Positions 22,576 through 33,448 are shown, counted from the first letter of the stretch. The stretch is DNA of 64,000 bases from Cyanophyceae cyanobacterium (GCA_038321985.1 JBBQFN010000013.1:64001-128000), one strand, 5' to 3'. Translations and numbers: made by a program. The notes: generated by a model from the letters alone, not told the origin.

Positions 22576-23056
22576 AGTAAATAGAGTAGAACTGGTAAAA
22601 TTTCAAATGGGTCTAAAGGGATACCGGAGGAAATCTCCCTCCCGAATGCAAAGCATCTAGGGTAGGCTTCCCCTCGCATTCCCTGTTTCTACACAAACGG
22701 ATAGGCCCGTTGCGACGAGTATTCGTGCCGAGTACGATGAGGGTCGGACAGCAACCCTATGAATATTAGCTTGATTTGATAGGTTGTTGCTCAGTTTTGT
22801 TGCCAAACTTTACCCAGGGTTCAGTTTCCGTTGACCGGGAGAGGGTTTCCCCAGAGGTCCTCGCCGATTCCCCGGATTGCCGCGATCGCCTGGCTGCTGC
22901 CCCCGCCCGTCCGGGAAACCGAAGGCACAGACGCCAATGCGGTTGCTCGGATCAAAAAAGCAGTTGAGGATGATCCCCTTCCTTGGTAGCATCAAATCTA
23001 GGGCATCGGATTCGCTCTGTAGAGGGATATCAATAAATTCAATAAATTCAATCGCC

Positions 23057-23145
23057 GAACTTACGCATCAACCCGATATCGGGTACGGGCAGTACCAGAA
23101 TTGCCCCTACATTTAGAGGTCAATCTCCTTGATTTGCGTAAGTCT
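23057..23145. mobile_element. Decayed ~88-bp MITE-like element, copy 1
   Basis: Inverted ends ACTTACGCA / TGCGTAAGT enclosing a REP-like palindrome ending CCCCTACA; sister copy at 33364-33448. Confidence 0.5.
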
Positions 23146-23292
23146 TAACTGGATTTAAGGAGGGGATTGACCGGAGTAAAGAGAGTCCAACAGTATCCAG
23201 TGGCTTGGGGAGTAAAACCGTTACCCAATCTTTGGTTTCAGTCCTGATCGTTCCAGACTTGAGTCGCGATTTTCACCGGGTGTTCAGCGTAA

Positions 23293-25002
23293 ATGGATCA
23301 GCTTGAATGTTTACCCTATAGTGTCGGTCATGGGGATGAAGGAGTATCCTTACAGGTGCGGATGGGACCGTATCGCATCCTCTTGGACTGTGGGATGGGA
23401 GATATATCTGCGCTGCAAGCTGGTTTAGAGACCCCGGGCGATCGCCCCGGCTCCCTACCCGCAGATTTAGTGCTGGTCTCTCATGCTCATGCTGATCATG
23501 CCCGGGGCTTGTTGGCTCTACATCAGACGTTCCCGCAGTTACCGATCTATGCGAGTGAAGTCACCACCGAACTGCTCCCCCTGAACTGGCCTGGGGAAGA
23601 ACGCGATCGCTTGAGATTTTGCCAAGCCTTACCGTGGCGCACCCCGGTAGAATTTCTGGATGGATTAACCGCCGAATTATTTCCCGCAGGACATCTCCCC
23701 GGAGCTGCCGCTATTTTCCTGAGCTATACCCCCACCCCATCGGGGCGTGAAGGGAAGCTATCCCGGAAGGAATCCCTACAACCATCCCGGCCCTACACCC
23801 TGCTTTATACCGGGGATTTTTTCCTCTCCAATTCCCGTTTAGTCGAAGGATTGCCCTTAGACGAACTGCGCGGATTAGATCCAGACGTGTTGATTGTCGA
23901 GGGGAGTTATGGCACATCGAGGTTTCCCCATCGGCGATCGCAGGAAAACCAACTCGCCGAACGGATCCAACGGGCGATCGGTCAGGGTCAATCCGTGCTC
24001 ATTCCCACCCCTACTCTCGGCTTAGGGCAAGAAATTTTAATGCTGCTGCGGAGTCATCACCACTTCACAGGTCGAGACCTGGATATTTGGGTTGAGGGGA
24101 CCGTTGCCGACGCTTGCGATATTTATTTAGAACTCTTACCCCAACTCCCTGCCTCCGTCCAAAACTTTGCCCGTCATCAACCCCTGTTTTGGGATGAACG
24201 GATCCGTCCCCGTGTGCGCCGCTTATCCCCCGAACACCGTTCGGAATTTGCGAGCGGCCCTTGTGTCCTCCTCAGTGACTTAAGCGCCAACCCCAAAGAT
24301 TTTGATTTAAGCGATCGTCAACCTTGGTTGATTTTGCTTCCCGAATATCCGGGACAACCTCAACGTTACGCCTCTGACTCCTTATTTGCCCATCTCCCCA
24401 CCTCTAGCTTTACCCTCGAAACCTATTTATTAGCCCAGCATTGTGATGGCAATAGCACCACCCAATTAATTCATAACTTGCATCCCCAGCACGTTGTCTT
24501 CATCCACGGTTCCCCCACCTATCTGGCCGATTTGACGAACTTGGATGAACTCCGCAACCGCTACCACTTACACACCCCAGCAGCCGGAAATCTGGTAGAA
24601 CTTCCCATCGGGGAGACCATTTTGCAACCCGTGACCCCTGCCGAAATTTATCCGGGAGAACTCACAGAACATCCAGGCAGCGTTACCCTTTCCCTTCCCC
24701 AAACCCTGGCATCCGATCCCCGGTGGCAACACTTTTCCGATACAGGGTTAGTCGAAGCCCGCTGGCAGGGTGAGGAATTAGTAGTACGCGGGGTCTCTCA
24801 GCGAGAATTGCTGTCTCAAGGGAGTGCAGCCCGAGTTAATGCCAATATAGAATGTTGCGGAAATTGTCGGTATTATCGAGGGCAGCGTTGTTGGAATCAG
24901 ATATCTCCTTTATTCGGCTTTAAGGTTACCCCGGATGGCTATTGTCCTGCTTTTGAAGCTCTGATTTCGCCCCCCGTATCTTCCCCAGATTCGGAGTCAT
25001 AA
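23293..25002 (+). CDS. MBL-fold beta-CASP nuclease (CPSF73-like) with C-terminal Cys cluster
   Basis: LLDCG, SHAHADH, AGHLPGA, YTGDF, VEGSYG, QHCD, FIHG; C-terminal CCGNC...RC...GYC. Confidence 0.88.
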   Translation: MDQLECLPYSVGHGDEGVSLQVRMGPYRILLDCGMGDISALQAGLETPGDRPGSLPADLVLVSHAHADHARGLLALHQTFPQLPIYASEVTTELLPLNWPGEERDRLRFCQALPWRTPVEFLDGLTAELFPAGHLPGAAAIFLSYTPTPSGREGKLSRKESLQPSRPYTLLYTGDFFLSNSRLVEGLPLDELRGLDPDVLIVEGSYGTSRFPHRRSQENQLAERIQRAIGQGQSVLIPTPTLGLGQEILMLLRSHHHFTGRDLDIWVEGTVADACDIYLELLPQLPASVQNFARHQPLFWDERIRPRVRRLSPEHRSEFASGPCVLLSDLSANPKDFDLSDRQPWLILLPEYPGQPQRYASDSLFAHLPTSSFTLETYLLAQHCDGNSTTQLIHNLHPQHVVFIHGSPTYLADLTNLDELRNRYHLHTPAAGNLVELPIGETILQPVTPAEIYPGELTEHPGSVTLSLPQTLASDPRWQHFSDTGLVEARWQGEELVVRGVSQRELLSQGSAARVNANIECCGNCRYYRGQRCWNQISPLFGFKVTPDGYCPAFEALISPPVSSPDSES

Positions 25003-25042
25003 ATTTTGATAATTTAGTCTGGATTTACCCATAGCCAAGAGT

Positions 25043-25071
25043 AAGAAACGACTAAAGTCGTGGCAACGAAC
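25043..25071 (+). repeat. Short dispersed repeat with ACGAC-TAAA-GTCGT hairpin
   Basis: AAGAAACGACTAAAGTCGTGGCAACGAAC; related copies at about 4133-4158, 43565-43662 (three) and 60345-60372 (reverse). Confidence 0.6.
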
Positions 25072-25459
25072 GGGAGAAAACAAGTCCATAGCCCTTTTAC
25101 ACTCCATCCTGTTTTATAAAAGTCTGAATCTACAGGTTAAGGGGCTGTGGCAGGCTTTAAACACGAACAATGCACCGGAGTCCGTGTCAGTTTTGGCGAA
25201 AAAAATAATAGCCTTTAGTACCACAGTGGCACTAAAGGCTATTATTAGTAATCCATTTTTCCGGTTTTTCCATCAGTTGCCAACTAGAACAGCGGTCCAA
25301 AAGCCGGTGGGAGGGGATAAAAAACAGGATTTCTTACCCGGTGAGGGGTATTATATCAATTATTTTTGTACAGAAACCCCGTTTATTCTAGACCTGAACC
25401 GATGCTCTAGACTTCTGAGCTGGAAACGGTAGGGTTTAAGACAAACCTAACTGTTGAGA

Positions 25460-25771
25460 TTATTCTTGATTCAAGTCGGGAGCACGTTTAGGAAGTTGTT
25501 CGGCTTCGGGACAGTCGTCTGATACCAAAGGCTCCACATTACCTCGGGAAACGCAGGCAATTTTTTGGCTAACGGCACCGATGCTTTCGAGACGGAACAT
25601 CTCTTCCCAAGAAGAGAGTTCATCTTCTTCATCGGTTTCATAGCGGATGGTGACTAACTCTCCTTCGATGTCAAGAATGCGAACACCGTCAATCCAACGT
25701 TGCTGATCCCGCAAGAAAATACTGACTTCACGACCATCGCAACAGAATTGATAAATCTTGCGGTGTAGCAT
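25460..25771 (-). CDS. Conserved cyanobacterial small protein (DUF6679-like)
   Basis: MLHRKIYQFCCDGREV..FLRDQQRW...WEE..RLESIGAV. AGGAG RBS supports the ATG at 25771. Confidence 0.75.
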   Translation of the reverse strand: MLHRKIYQFCCDGREVSIFLRDQQRWIDGVRILDIEGELVTIRYETDEEDELSSWEEMFRLESIGAVSQKIACVSRGNVEPLVSDDCPEAEQLPKRAPDLNQE

Positions 25772-26544
25772 AGGTGGCTTCTCCTGAGCAAATAATTTTT
25801 CAATTGCTAAATCGTATTTCTCACCAAAGCGAGAATTCCCGGGCGATCGCACCAATTCCCCAAGAGTGAGGGTGGGACCGGGCTGGGGTGCCGATTGATT
25901 CCATGATGCATGGCTTGAGTTGAACTGTTCCACCTCGGGGATGATGGCTGCCGATTTAATTTGACAGTGTAGCTTGAAAACCCGTCAATATTGCTCGCAA
26001 TGTACCAATTCAAATAAGATGTCGCCCTCGCCGAGGGGGGATATCGTAGCGAGAAATTGACAAGAATAGGGGTCTGAACAGGGGGCGAACAATAGTTAGG
26101 TGGGTTGGGGTTTTAACTAAGGATCGAAGGATAGTAAGACGGTGTTTAAAGAATAGTATGGTTACCGTCTCCCCCCATCCTGTTGCGATCGCCCCAGTTA
26201 GGCTCTCGGTCGAGTGGGTTAGGGTTGGCCTCCCGGGTGGCTCCTGATGAGTCAGTTCCAGAGACTGACTGAGGTAACTCGTCCCTAACTCGTTGCCGGG
26301 ATGCCTCCATCCATTGGCCTAATACAAGTAGCTTCTTTTTACTATTGTACCGATTTTCGGTCACGCTGAGAGAACTCCCCGGAATTGGAACCTCGAATTT
26401 CACCGCCCCCCTGGCATCACCCAAGTTGAACTTCAGGGTCTCGGCGCAATCCGCCCTGACTAGACGAATCCCTAATCTTTGGGGATATCACCCACTCTGT
26501 AGAGGGGCGGTACCTGAATTGCTCCTACTCTAGTCGTCCCTGAG

Positions 26545-27411
26545 TTATGGCGAATGGTGCAGGCTGTCGGGGGTTCCCACAAAGAACGGACGATTTTGTT
26601 GGGTTCGTTCGAGGGCCACCGTCAAGGTCTCCCAGTTTTCTGCCTCGACTGCCCCGATCAACTGGTTAAGTTGGTCGCGGTAGGCATAGAGCGATCGCAA
26701 GACTTCCTCTCGGTTGTACTGCGCCATCATCACCCCTAACTCCGGATTGCCCCCACCGACTCGGCTGGTATCCCGAAACCCACTACTAGCAACCTGTTGG
26801 GCTAATTTTAGCCGATTAGCGGTGGGTTCGCTCATACAGGCGGATATCAAACTCGCTGAAACCAGCACGGGCAAATGAGAAATCCAAGCAACCGCACAGT
26901 CATGGTCCTCGGGACTACATTGGTAGACGTGGGACCCCAGAGACCGAGCCAACTCAGTGACGGTTTTCACTGCCGTAGGGGGAGTGTTCTGGGTGGGTGT
27001 AATCACATAGGAGCATCCCGCAAATAAATCGCGTACTGCCGCATCAAGACCGTTTTCTGCGGTCCCTGCCATCGGGTGCGCCGGGACGAAGTTCGGCCAC
27101 AAGGGAGCAACCGCTTCTACCACAGGCAATTTCACGGAACCCACATCCGTTATGATAGCGGTAGGTTTGAGATGGGGGACAAGTCGTTTGACTGTCGATG
27201 CGATCGCCGCGATCGGCGTGCATATAAATACCACTTCGGCGTTTGCCATCAGGGTCATCTCTACATCTGCTTCATCCACGATTTGGCGAGTTACAGCTTC
27301 CTGACAAGTCTGTTGGCGACGGGACACCCCTAAAATGTGGTGACCGCGCGATCGCAAATCCCAAGCCAAGGAACCCCCAATTAAACCTAGACCCACAATT
27401 CCAACGTTCAT
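26545..27411 (-). CDS. tyrA: Prephenate/arogenate dehydrogenase
   Basis: GIVGLGLIGGS, TDVGSVK, HPMAG, HD..VA.ISHLP, GFRDTSRV. Confidence 0.95.
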   Translation of the reverse strand: MNVGIVGLGLIGGSLAWDLRSRGHHILGVSRRQQTCQEAVTRQIVDEADVEMTLMANAEVVFICTPIAAIASTVKRLVPHLKPTAIITDVGSVKLPVVEAVAPLWPNFVPAHPMAGTAENGLDAAVRDLFAGCSYVITPTQNTPPTAVKTVTELARSLGSHVYQCSPEDHDCAVAWISHLPVLVSASLISACMSEPTANRLKLAQQVASSGFRDTSRVGGGNPELGVMMAQYNREEVLRSLYAYRDQLNQLIGAVEAENWETLTVALERTQQNRPFFVGTPDSLHHSP

Positions 27412-28051
27412 CGGCTCGATCTCTTAATACTTAATCCCGATTTATTATGAACCCTGTCTGCTCCTTCAGAATTCCACCCCCACGCTCCAAACCAGACTGG
27501 ACCCAAAAAGCTCACCTTCGAGACCCCGGCAACCCCTGAAATTAACCCCTGTTGGCGTCGGCACTTGCCTTGTCCCTCACGGGGAATTATCAAGGAATTG
27601 CTGCGTCCAATTATGATTCCCCACGAATGAGTTAGGGTACAGTTCCCGATTCTATCGCTGGCAATTCCCGGTGGCTTTGGAACTGACGCCTGGGGAATCT
27701 TTCCTTTGTTTAAGGGTTGAAGGAGCAGATAGCCGGTGGCCGTTCAAAGGGTTGATCCCTCGGGCAGGAATTGGGAAGATTTGACGTCATCCAATGTTAA
27801 AGTTAGTCGAACTCCTGCTGTAGTGATGGGAGTTATCCCGAGCTATGTTCAGTGATTTTGTTGGCGATGGCGATCGCTCTTGAGTTGTAATTGCATGAAA
27901 CAATGCCCTCAAGGTTTTCAACCCAGGGAGCTATTCCCCCGTAGTAAGCCTTACCACAAGCGGAGACTTTTCTCTGGCGATCGCTCTTCCGCTAGGATGG
28001 TAATGCAATCCTGCTATCACCATAAAGTCCCGCTGTTCTCAGGGTGCCCCG

Positions 28052-29590
28052 ATGGAAGCTGAAGAACTCATTAAAAAATATCTAGCTGGTGCCCGTGACT
28101 TTCCAGGGATTATGCTGACTGAAGTCAATCTCAGTCAAGCTAATCTCAGCGAGGTGAACCTCAGTGGGTCCAACTTGAGTATTGCCAATCTTAGCGGTGC
28201 TGACCTCAGTGGAGCCAACCTCAGCCATGCCAAGCTCAATGTTGCTAAACTCAACAGCGCTCACCTGAGTGGGGCAAATCTCAATGGAGCGGACCTCAAT
28301 GTTGCCAACTTGGTGCGCGCGGATTTGCGCGGAACGCTGTTAATTCAAGCCTCGTTGATCCGCGCGGAACTGATGCGTGCCGAACTCAGCGGTGCCAACC
28401 TCACCCAAGCGGACCTCAATGGTGCCAACCTTCGAGAAGCTAAACTCCGACAAGCGTATTTAGTCAGCGCAAATGTCAGTGAAGCCGACATGAGGGGAGC
28501 CTCTTTAATGGGGGCGAATATGGAACAGGCCAATTTAAGAGAAACAAATCTCAGTGGTGCTGATCTCAGTGGCGCAAATTTAAGAAATTGCGAATTGCGC
28601 CAAGCTGATCTGTCTCATACCAAACTCATGGGAGTAGACCTTTCAGGTGCTAATTTGCGATGGGCGGATTTAAGTGAGGCCAACTTACGAGGAGCTGACC
28701 TCAGCGGGGCTAAATTAAGCGGCGCTAACCTCCGAGGTGCAGACTTGAGTCATGCCAATTTACTAGATGCGAGTTTGGTGTACGCGGATTTGACCTACGC
28801 CAATATGATCCAAGTAGATTGGACGGGAGCCGATATTTCCGGTGCGACGTTAACCGGAGCCAAACTGCATGGGGTGTCTCGGTTTGGTTTGAAAACCGAA
28901 GGAATTATCTGCGAGTGGCTGGATCTGAGTCCCAATGGCGATCGCACTCAAGTCTATCGATTTACCCCAGAAACCTCGGAAACCTTTTTTCATCAAACTC
29001 TCCCCACTGTAGAGCTTTTGATTGATGCCGCCCTCGACCAAGATGCTCATTTAGCCTTAGCTCTGGCCTACCATCAAATCGCCCATCGTTATCCCGATTT
29101 AATCGAACCCCCCAATATTGAAGTAAGTTCCAGGCGGACGAAACTCAGCTTTAAAATTGGCAGTGACTTGTTATTGTTTTCCACTGCTTATGTGGCGATT
29201 CTCCCCTTTAAAGATGCTGGGGTAACTCAAGAGAATCTGGAACATTTAGTTGATATGATTGAATCGGAAGAAATTTCTAGTTTGCTCAATAATGCCCAAG
29301 AAAAGGTCAAAGAAATTAAAAATTCTCAAACCTTTTCTCGAATTGTGCAACGGGGTAAGTTTTTTCAATCTCCCACTCAAACTGTTTTGACCAATTCGGG
29401 CGATCGCACTTTAGATGTCCATCATAATCCCCTGTTTGGAAAACGGCTAGTTAATATCGCCCTGGGGAATAACGGAGTGCCTGCTGGACCCGCTATTTCT
29501 ACTCCAAATTTTTCTCTCCCTCCGGTCAATTTATTGGTTAATTTTATTAAAGGCTTGCACTTTTCCTCGAACGCCATATCCCAGAAATAG
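28052..29590 (+). CDS. Pentapeptide-repeat protein with C-terminal non-repeat domain (paralog 1)
   Basis: About 250 residues of A(N/D)LxX repeats, then CEWLDLSPNGDR and a globular tail. Confidence 0.92.
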   Translation: MEAEELIKKYLAGARDFPGIMLTEVNLSQANLSEVNLSGSNLSIANLSGADLSGANLSHAKLNVAKLNSAHLSGANLNGADLNVANLVRADLRGTLLIQASLIRAELMRAELSGANLTQADLNGANLREAKLRQAYLVSANVSEADMRGASLMGANMEQANLRETNLSGADLSGANLRNCELRQADLSHTKLMGVDLSGANLRWADLSEANLRGADLSGAKLSGANLRGADLSHANLLDASLVYADLTYANMIQVDWTGADISGATLTGAKLHGVSRFGLKTEGIICEWLDLSPNGDRTQVYRFTPETSETFFHQTLPTVELLIDAALDQDAHLALALAYHQIAHRYPDLIEPPNIEVSSRRTKLSFKIGSDLLLFSTAYVAILPFKDAGVTQENLEHLVDMIESEEISSLLNNAQEKVKEIKNSQTFSRIVQRGKFFQSPTQTVLTNSGDRTLDVHHNPLFGKRLVNIALGNNGVPAGPAISTPNFSLPPVNLLVNFIKGLHFSSNAISQK

Positions 29591-29705
29591 AAACTCTTTT
29601 AAGAAGTCTTTTTCCCTTCTTTCTCCTCCAATTTTTTGGCCTCACGGCTCCTCCGACCCCGTACCTAGCTAACCCATCCGCAATTTCTTCACAGGAATAC
29701 CACAT

Positions 29706-31268
29706 ATGCAAGCCGAGGATATTATCAAAAAATATGCAGCAGGAGAAAGAGACTTTTCTGGCATGGATCTGACTGAAATTAACCTCAGCCGCGCCAACCT
29801 CAGTGGGGCAAATTTCAGCAACTCCACTCTCAGTATTGCTAATCTTAGCGGCGCAAATCTCAGCGAAGCCAATCTCACTGGGGCGAAACTCAATGTCGCC
29901 CGAATGAGTGGGGCCAATCTTAGTAAAGCCAAGCTCAATGGGGCTATTCTGAATGTGGCTAACCTGGTTCGTGCCAACCTCAGCGGTGCTGAGTTGATTC
30001 AAGCGGCACTAATTCGGGCCGAATTGGTCCGGGCTGAATTGAGTCGTGCTAACTTAAGCGAGGCGAACCTGAGCGGAGCCGATTTACGAGAAGCCAAGCT
30101 CCGACAAGTGAACCTAAGCGGCTCTAACTTAAGTGAAGCTGATATGCGCGGTACAAACTTAACGGGTTCAAATTTGGAACGGGCGACATTGAGCGGAACC
30201 GACCTCAGCCGTTCTGAACTCAGCGGAGCGGACTTAACCGAGGCTGAACTTCGACACGCCAACCTGAGCCGGGTCAATCTCAGTGGAGCTAATCTCAGCG
30301 GAGCCAATCTCCGCTGGGCGGATTTAAGTGGAGCAAATCTGCGCTGGGTAGATTTAAGTGAGGCAAAACTGAGCGGAGCGAACTTACTGGGAGGGGACTT
30401 AAGTAATGCCAACCTGATTAATTCCAGCTTCGTTCATGCCGACTTGACCCAATCTAACTTAATTCGGGTAGAGTGGGTGGGTGCGGATCTCAGTGGCGCG
30501 ACTCTAACCGGCGCTAAACTCTACGGCGTTTCCCGCTATAACCTTAAAACCGAAGGGATTACTTGCGAGTGGGTTGACTTAAGTCCTCATGGCGATCGCA
30601 CTCAAATCTACCGCTTTTCCGCCGAAGAAGCCAAAAAATTTTTTAATCAGACCCCCCCAACAGTCCGAATTATTATTGATGCGCCGTTAACTCACCATGG
30701 CAATCAAACCTTAGCAGAGGCTTACCATCAAATTGCTAATCAAGCGGAAATCATGCCTCATCCTCCCACTATCAATGTCGGTTATCGCCGTACCGAGTTG
30801 GTTTTTAGAATTGATAGCGATCGCGATATTTTTCCTACCGCTTATATTGCCATTATCCCCTTCAAAAATGCCCTTGCTACTCAGAAAAATATCATCACTT
30901 TAATGAAAATGCTGCAAGCCTATGCGATTAACAGTCACAGCATGGAGGCGATTAAACAAATTAAACAACTCAGTACAGCCTTGAGTCAAACCATCCATGC
31001 CGTTAATGAATTAAACATCCCCCCGCTTACCTTTGATATCAGCGAAAGTCATAATTTTTTTGAATCTCCCACCCAAGTGCTACTGACCAATTCCAGCGAT
31101 CAAAGTCTTCAAGTCTATTACGATGGCAGTTTTGGAAAACGTACCATCGGGCCGTCTGGTTCGGTCAAAACTGCCACGGGAGCGACCATGAAAGCCACCA
31201 AATTTGCATTACCGAGTATCAAGAGTTTAGTTGATTTTATTGATGGATTTTACTATTTTGATAGTTAA
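29706..31268 (+). CDS. Pentapeptide-repeat protein with C-terminal non-repeat domain (paralog 2)
   Basis: Collinear with paralog 1 (M.AE..IKKY.AG.RDF, CEWVDLSPHGDR, FFxSPTQ..LTNS.D). Confidence 0.92.
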   Translation: MQAEDIIKKYAAGERDFSGMDLTEINLSRANLSGANFSNSTLSIANLSGANLSEANLTGAKLNVARMSGANLSKAKLNGAILNVANLVRANLSGAELIQAALIRAELVRAELSRANLSEANLSGADLREAKLRQVNLSGSNLSEADMRGTNLTGSNLERATLSGTDLSRSELSGADLTEAELRHANLSRVNLSGANLSGANLRWADLSGANLRWVDLSEAKLSGANLLGGDLSNANLINSSFVHADLTQSNLIRVEWVGADLSGATLTGAKLYGVSRYNLKTEGITCEWVDLSPHGDRTQIYRFSAEEAKKFFNQTPPTVRIIIDAPLTHHGNQTLAEAYHQIANQAEIMPHPPTINVGYRRTELVFRIDSDRDIFPTAYIAIIPFKNALATQKNIITLMKMLQAYAINSHSMEAIKQIKQLSTALSQTIHAVNELNIPPLTFDISESHNFFESPTQVLLTNSSDQSLQVYYDGSFGKRTIGPSGSVKTATGATMKATKFALPSIKSLVDFIDGFYYFDS

Positions 31269-31571
31269 ACCTTCCCTATCGAGTTTAACTCCCTAACAGG
31301 TATTTACAATCATTCCTAGAGGTCAGGAAAATTCCCACCCTATCACTCTACTCGGTCACTAATTGCCCACTCTTTTTGATACCGGAGTGGGCAGAAAAAC
31401 GCTACCCGCATAGGGATAGACTTTAAAATAAGGTTAAACCTTCAAGTTTTTAATAGAATATAATGTAGCTAGAATTCTCAAGAAATATCCCCTCTTTTCT
31501 CGAAAAGCCAGTGAAGTTCCCCAGGATTCCAGCCCTCCTAATTTTCTAGATTAATTTACCAATCAAGACTT

Positions 31572-32162
31572 ATGCGCGATCGCTTTAAAAAAATGATGGG
31601 CCGTTCCCGGTTTGTCGTCTCCCGAATCTTTCTTCATCTGGCCGGAAATGATGTGGCCCCCCTCCTCGGTGTGCTCAACCAAGGGATTCGACCTGTTGTC
31701 GATAGTGATAATGCAGACATGGAAACCCTCGGGGAAGCCCTCGTGGAAATCTGCGAAAGTCTCTTACGCTACGATGACTATTGGAAATCTGCCGCCAATG
31801 AAGGGGATGTGGTATGGGATGAAGCAGAGGCAGGAGACTATTGGACCGAGCTATTTACCGACTCTGCGGCTCGATACGGGAGTGAGGTTCGGGTAGAGGA
31901 TCCGACCTCCGAACCCCTATCCCTACCTGTAACCCGCAATGTGGTAGTCATGATTACTTTAGCCGCAGAGGGCGAAGTCCCGGAACTGGAAACCGACCTT
32001 TCTAACGTCGAAGCCTTAAAAGCCGGACTCAAGGGGGCGATCGCCCTGCACTACCAACAGCGACTACGGGGGATTCAACTCCACTTTTCCCCCGCAGCGA
32101 TCGGGGAAGAACTCACCGAAGACCAACTCTTAGAGTATTTTCCCGAACTCATCCCCCTGTAA
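31572..32162 (+). CDS. DUF1517-like domain protein
   Basis: Acidic conserved cyanobacterial protein ending GEELTEDQLLEYFPELIPL, resembling the DUF1517 C-terminus. Confidence 0.65.
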   Translation: MRDRFKKMMGRSRFVVSRIFLHLAGNDVAPLLGVLNQGIRPVVDSDNADMETLGEALVEICESLLRYDDYWKSAANEGDVVWDEAEAGDYWTELFTDSAARYGSEVRVEDPTSEPLSLPVTRNVVVMITLAAEGEVPELETDLSNVEALKAGLKGAIALHYQQRLRGIQLHFSPAAIGEELTEDQLLEYFPELIPL

Positions 32163-32284
32163 ATCCCCACCGGCGATTAGAAATTGTCTTCTCTTACAAT
32201 CAATGAAAGAGCAGCCGTACCGAGTTTCTTATTCCTGGGTACGGTGAATCTTGAGCTGAATCCATTCCACCCACTACTCCGGCC

Positions 32285-33157
32285 ATGTTCCAGAAACTAA
32301 TCTCAGCCTTAATGGTATTCATGCTGTGTTGGACGACAACCGCCTGTAGCAGCCCCCGTTCGTCTTCCTACAGCGAACCTAACCCCAGCGCATCAGTCAC
32401 TCCAACCCGAATGACTGATGGTCGCTATCCCGTACAACAGGCCACTTATAACGACACTAACGGCGAATACAGCCTGTTTTTGCTGAATGCCACGCCCTCG
32501 GTCTATCGGACGGATGATTTGCCCATGGCGAGTTTAACCCCCGAAGAAGTCTCGGGGGGTCAAAAAAGTTACCTTCAGGTCGAGTCGGGTCAAGGGTCCC
32601 TGCATTTGAGTGAAGATTTCAAAATCGAATATATCCACGCGGTTACTGAAACCCAACCTAACCCCCAAACGGGTCAACCCGAAACGGTGATTGTGCGTCA
32701 GGAATCTAGCTTCTGGACACCTTTTGCCGGTGCAGTTGCCGGACAAATAGTCGCTAATGCGCTATTCACACCCCGCTATTACGTTCCCCCCATTTATCAA
32801 CGGGGGGTCGTGATGACCGGGTATGGCGGTTATGGCAATTCTTATCAGCAAGCGGTTCAGCAATATACCACGCGCTACCAAGCGCCACCCGCAGCGGTCA
32901 AAAATCGTCAGACTCAATTGCGGACAACGGGTCGCGTCCGGTCTAATCCCAGTAGTATCAATCGTCCCTCGTCGGGAACCTCGAATTCTCGGCCTACAGG
33001 GTCTGGGGTCGGTGGAAGTAATCTCGAACGCCCTGCCTCGAAACCATCGGGTAGCTCAACTCCTCGGCGCGGCAGTTTTGGGAGTGGTCGTTCTTCCCCA
33101 TCTCCGGCTCGTTCGGCTCCTCGTCGCTCTAGCGGTGGCTCACGTCGTCGTCGTTAA
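32285..33157 (+). CDS. Putative lipoprotein with Gly/Ser/Arg-rich tail
   Basis: Signal peptide ending TTTAC, central SSFWTPFAGAVAG segment, low-complexity basic tail. Confidence 0.75.
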   Translation: MFQKLISALMVFMLCWTTTACSSPRSSSYSEPNPSASVTPTRMTDGRYPVQQATYNDTNGEYSLFLLNATPSVYRTDDLPMASLTPEEVSGGQKSYLQVESGQGSLHLSEDFKIEYIHAVTETQPNPQTGQPETVIVRQESSFWTPFAGAVAGQIVANALFTPRYYVPPIYQRGVVMTGYGGYGNSYQQAVQQYTTRYQAPPAAVKNRQTQLRTTGRVRSNPSSINRPSSGTSNSRPTGSGVGGSNLERPASKPSGSSTPRRGSFGSGRSSPSPARSAPRRSSGGSRRRR

Positions 33158-33261
33158 ATTTAGGACTAAAATCAAGAGAAGCACGGAAAAACCCAGTTTT
33201 TCAGGGCGATAATTAGAAATGAAAACATTTTTAATGATCGCTCTTGCAAAATTGCCAAGAG

Positions 33262-33302
33262 ATACCGATACTCCCTCTTGTCTGAGGGGGGAGTATCGGT
33301 AT
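33262..33302 (+). terminator. Strong hairpin after the lipoprotein gene
   Basis: ATACCGATACTCCC ... GGGAGTATCGGTAT, perfect 14-bp stem; no long U tract. Confidence 0.55.
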
Positions 33303-33363
33303 TGAGGCTAGAGGTCGAGTGACTGAAGCTGGGTCTTTGGCTGAATCTTCAACTTTTTCTTAG

Positions 33364-33448
33364 AGGACTTAGGCCTCAGATATATCTGTAGGGTGGGCAA
33401 TGCCTATCGGACGCTACATTTATGCTTTAGCTTGACTTGCGGAAGTCC
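33364..33448. mobile_element. Decayed ~85-bp MITE-like element, copy 2
   Basis: GGACTTAGGC ... TGCGGAAGTCC ends with an internal TGTAG...CTACA palindrome; same layout as 23057-23145. Confidence 0.45.

Noticed and set aside
22600..22800. Possible ncRNA upstream of DUF2839
   Set aside because: Only one imperfect inverted repeat and no motif I recognise.
26146..26533. Short ORFs between the DUF6679-like gene and tyrA
   Set aside because: No recognisable motif or RBS; one overlaps a REP-like remnant.
29547..30412. Antisense ORFs over pentapeptide genes (also 58799-59191)
   Set aside because: Shadow frames produced by repetitive coding sequence.
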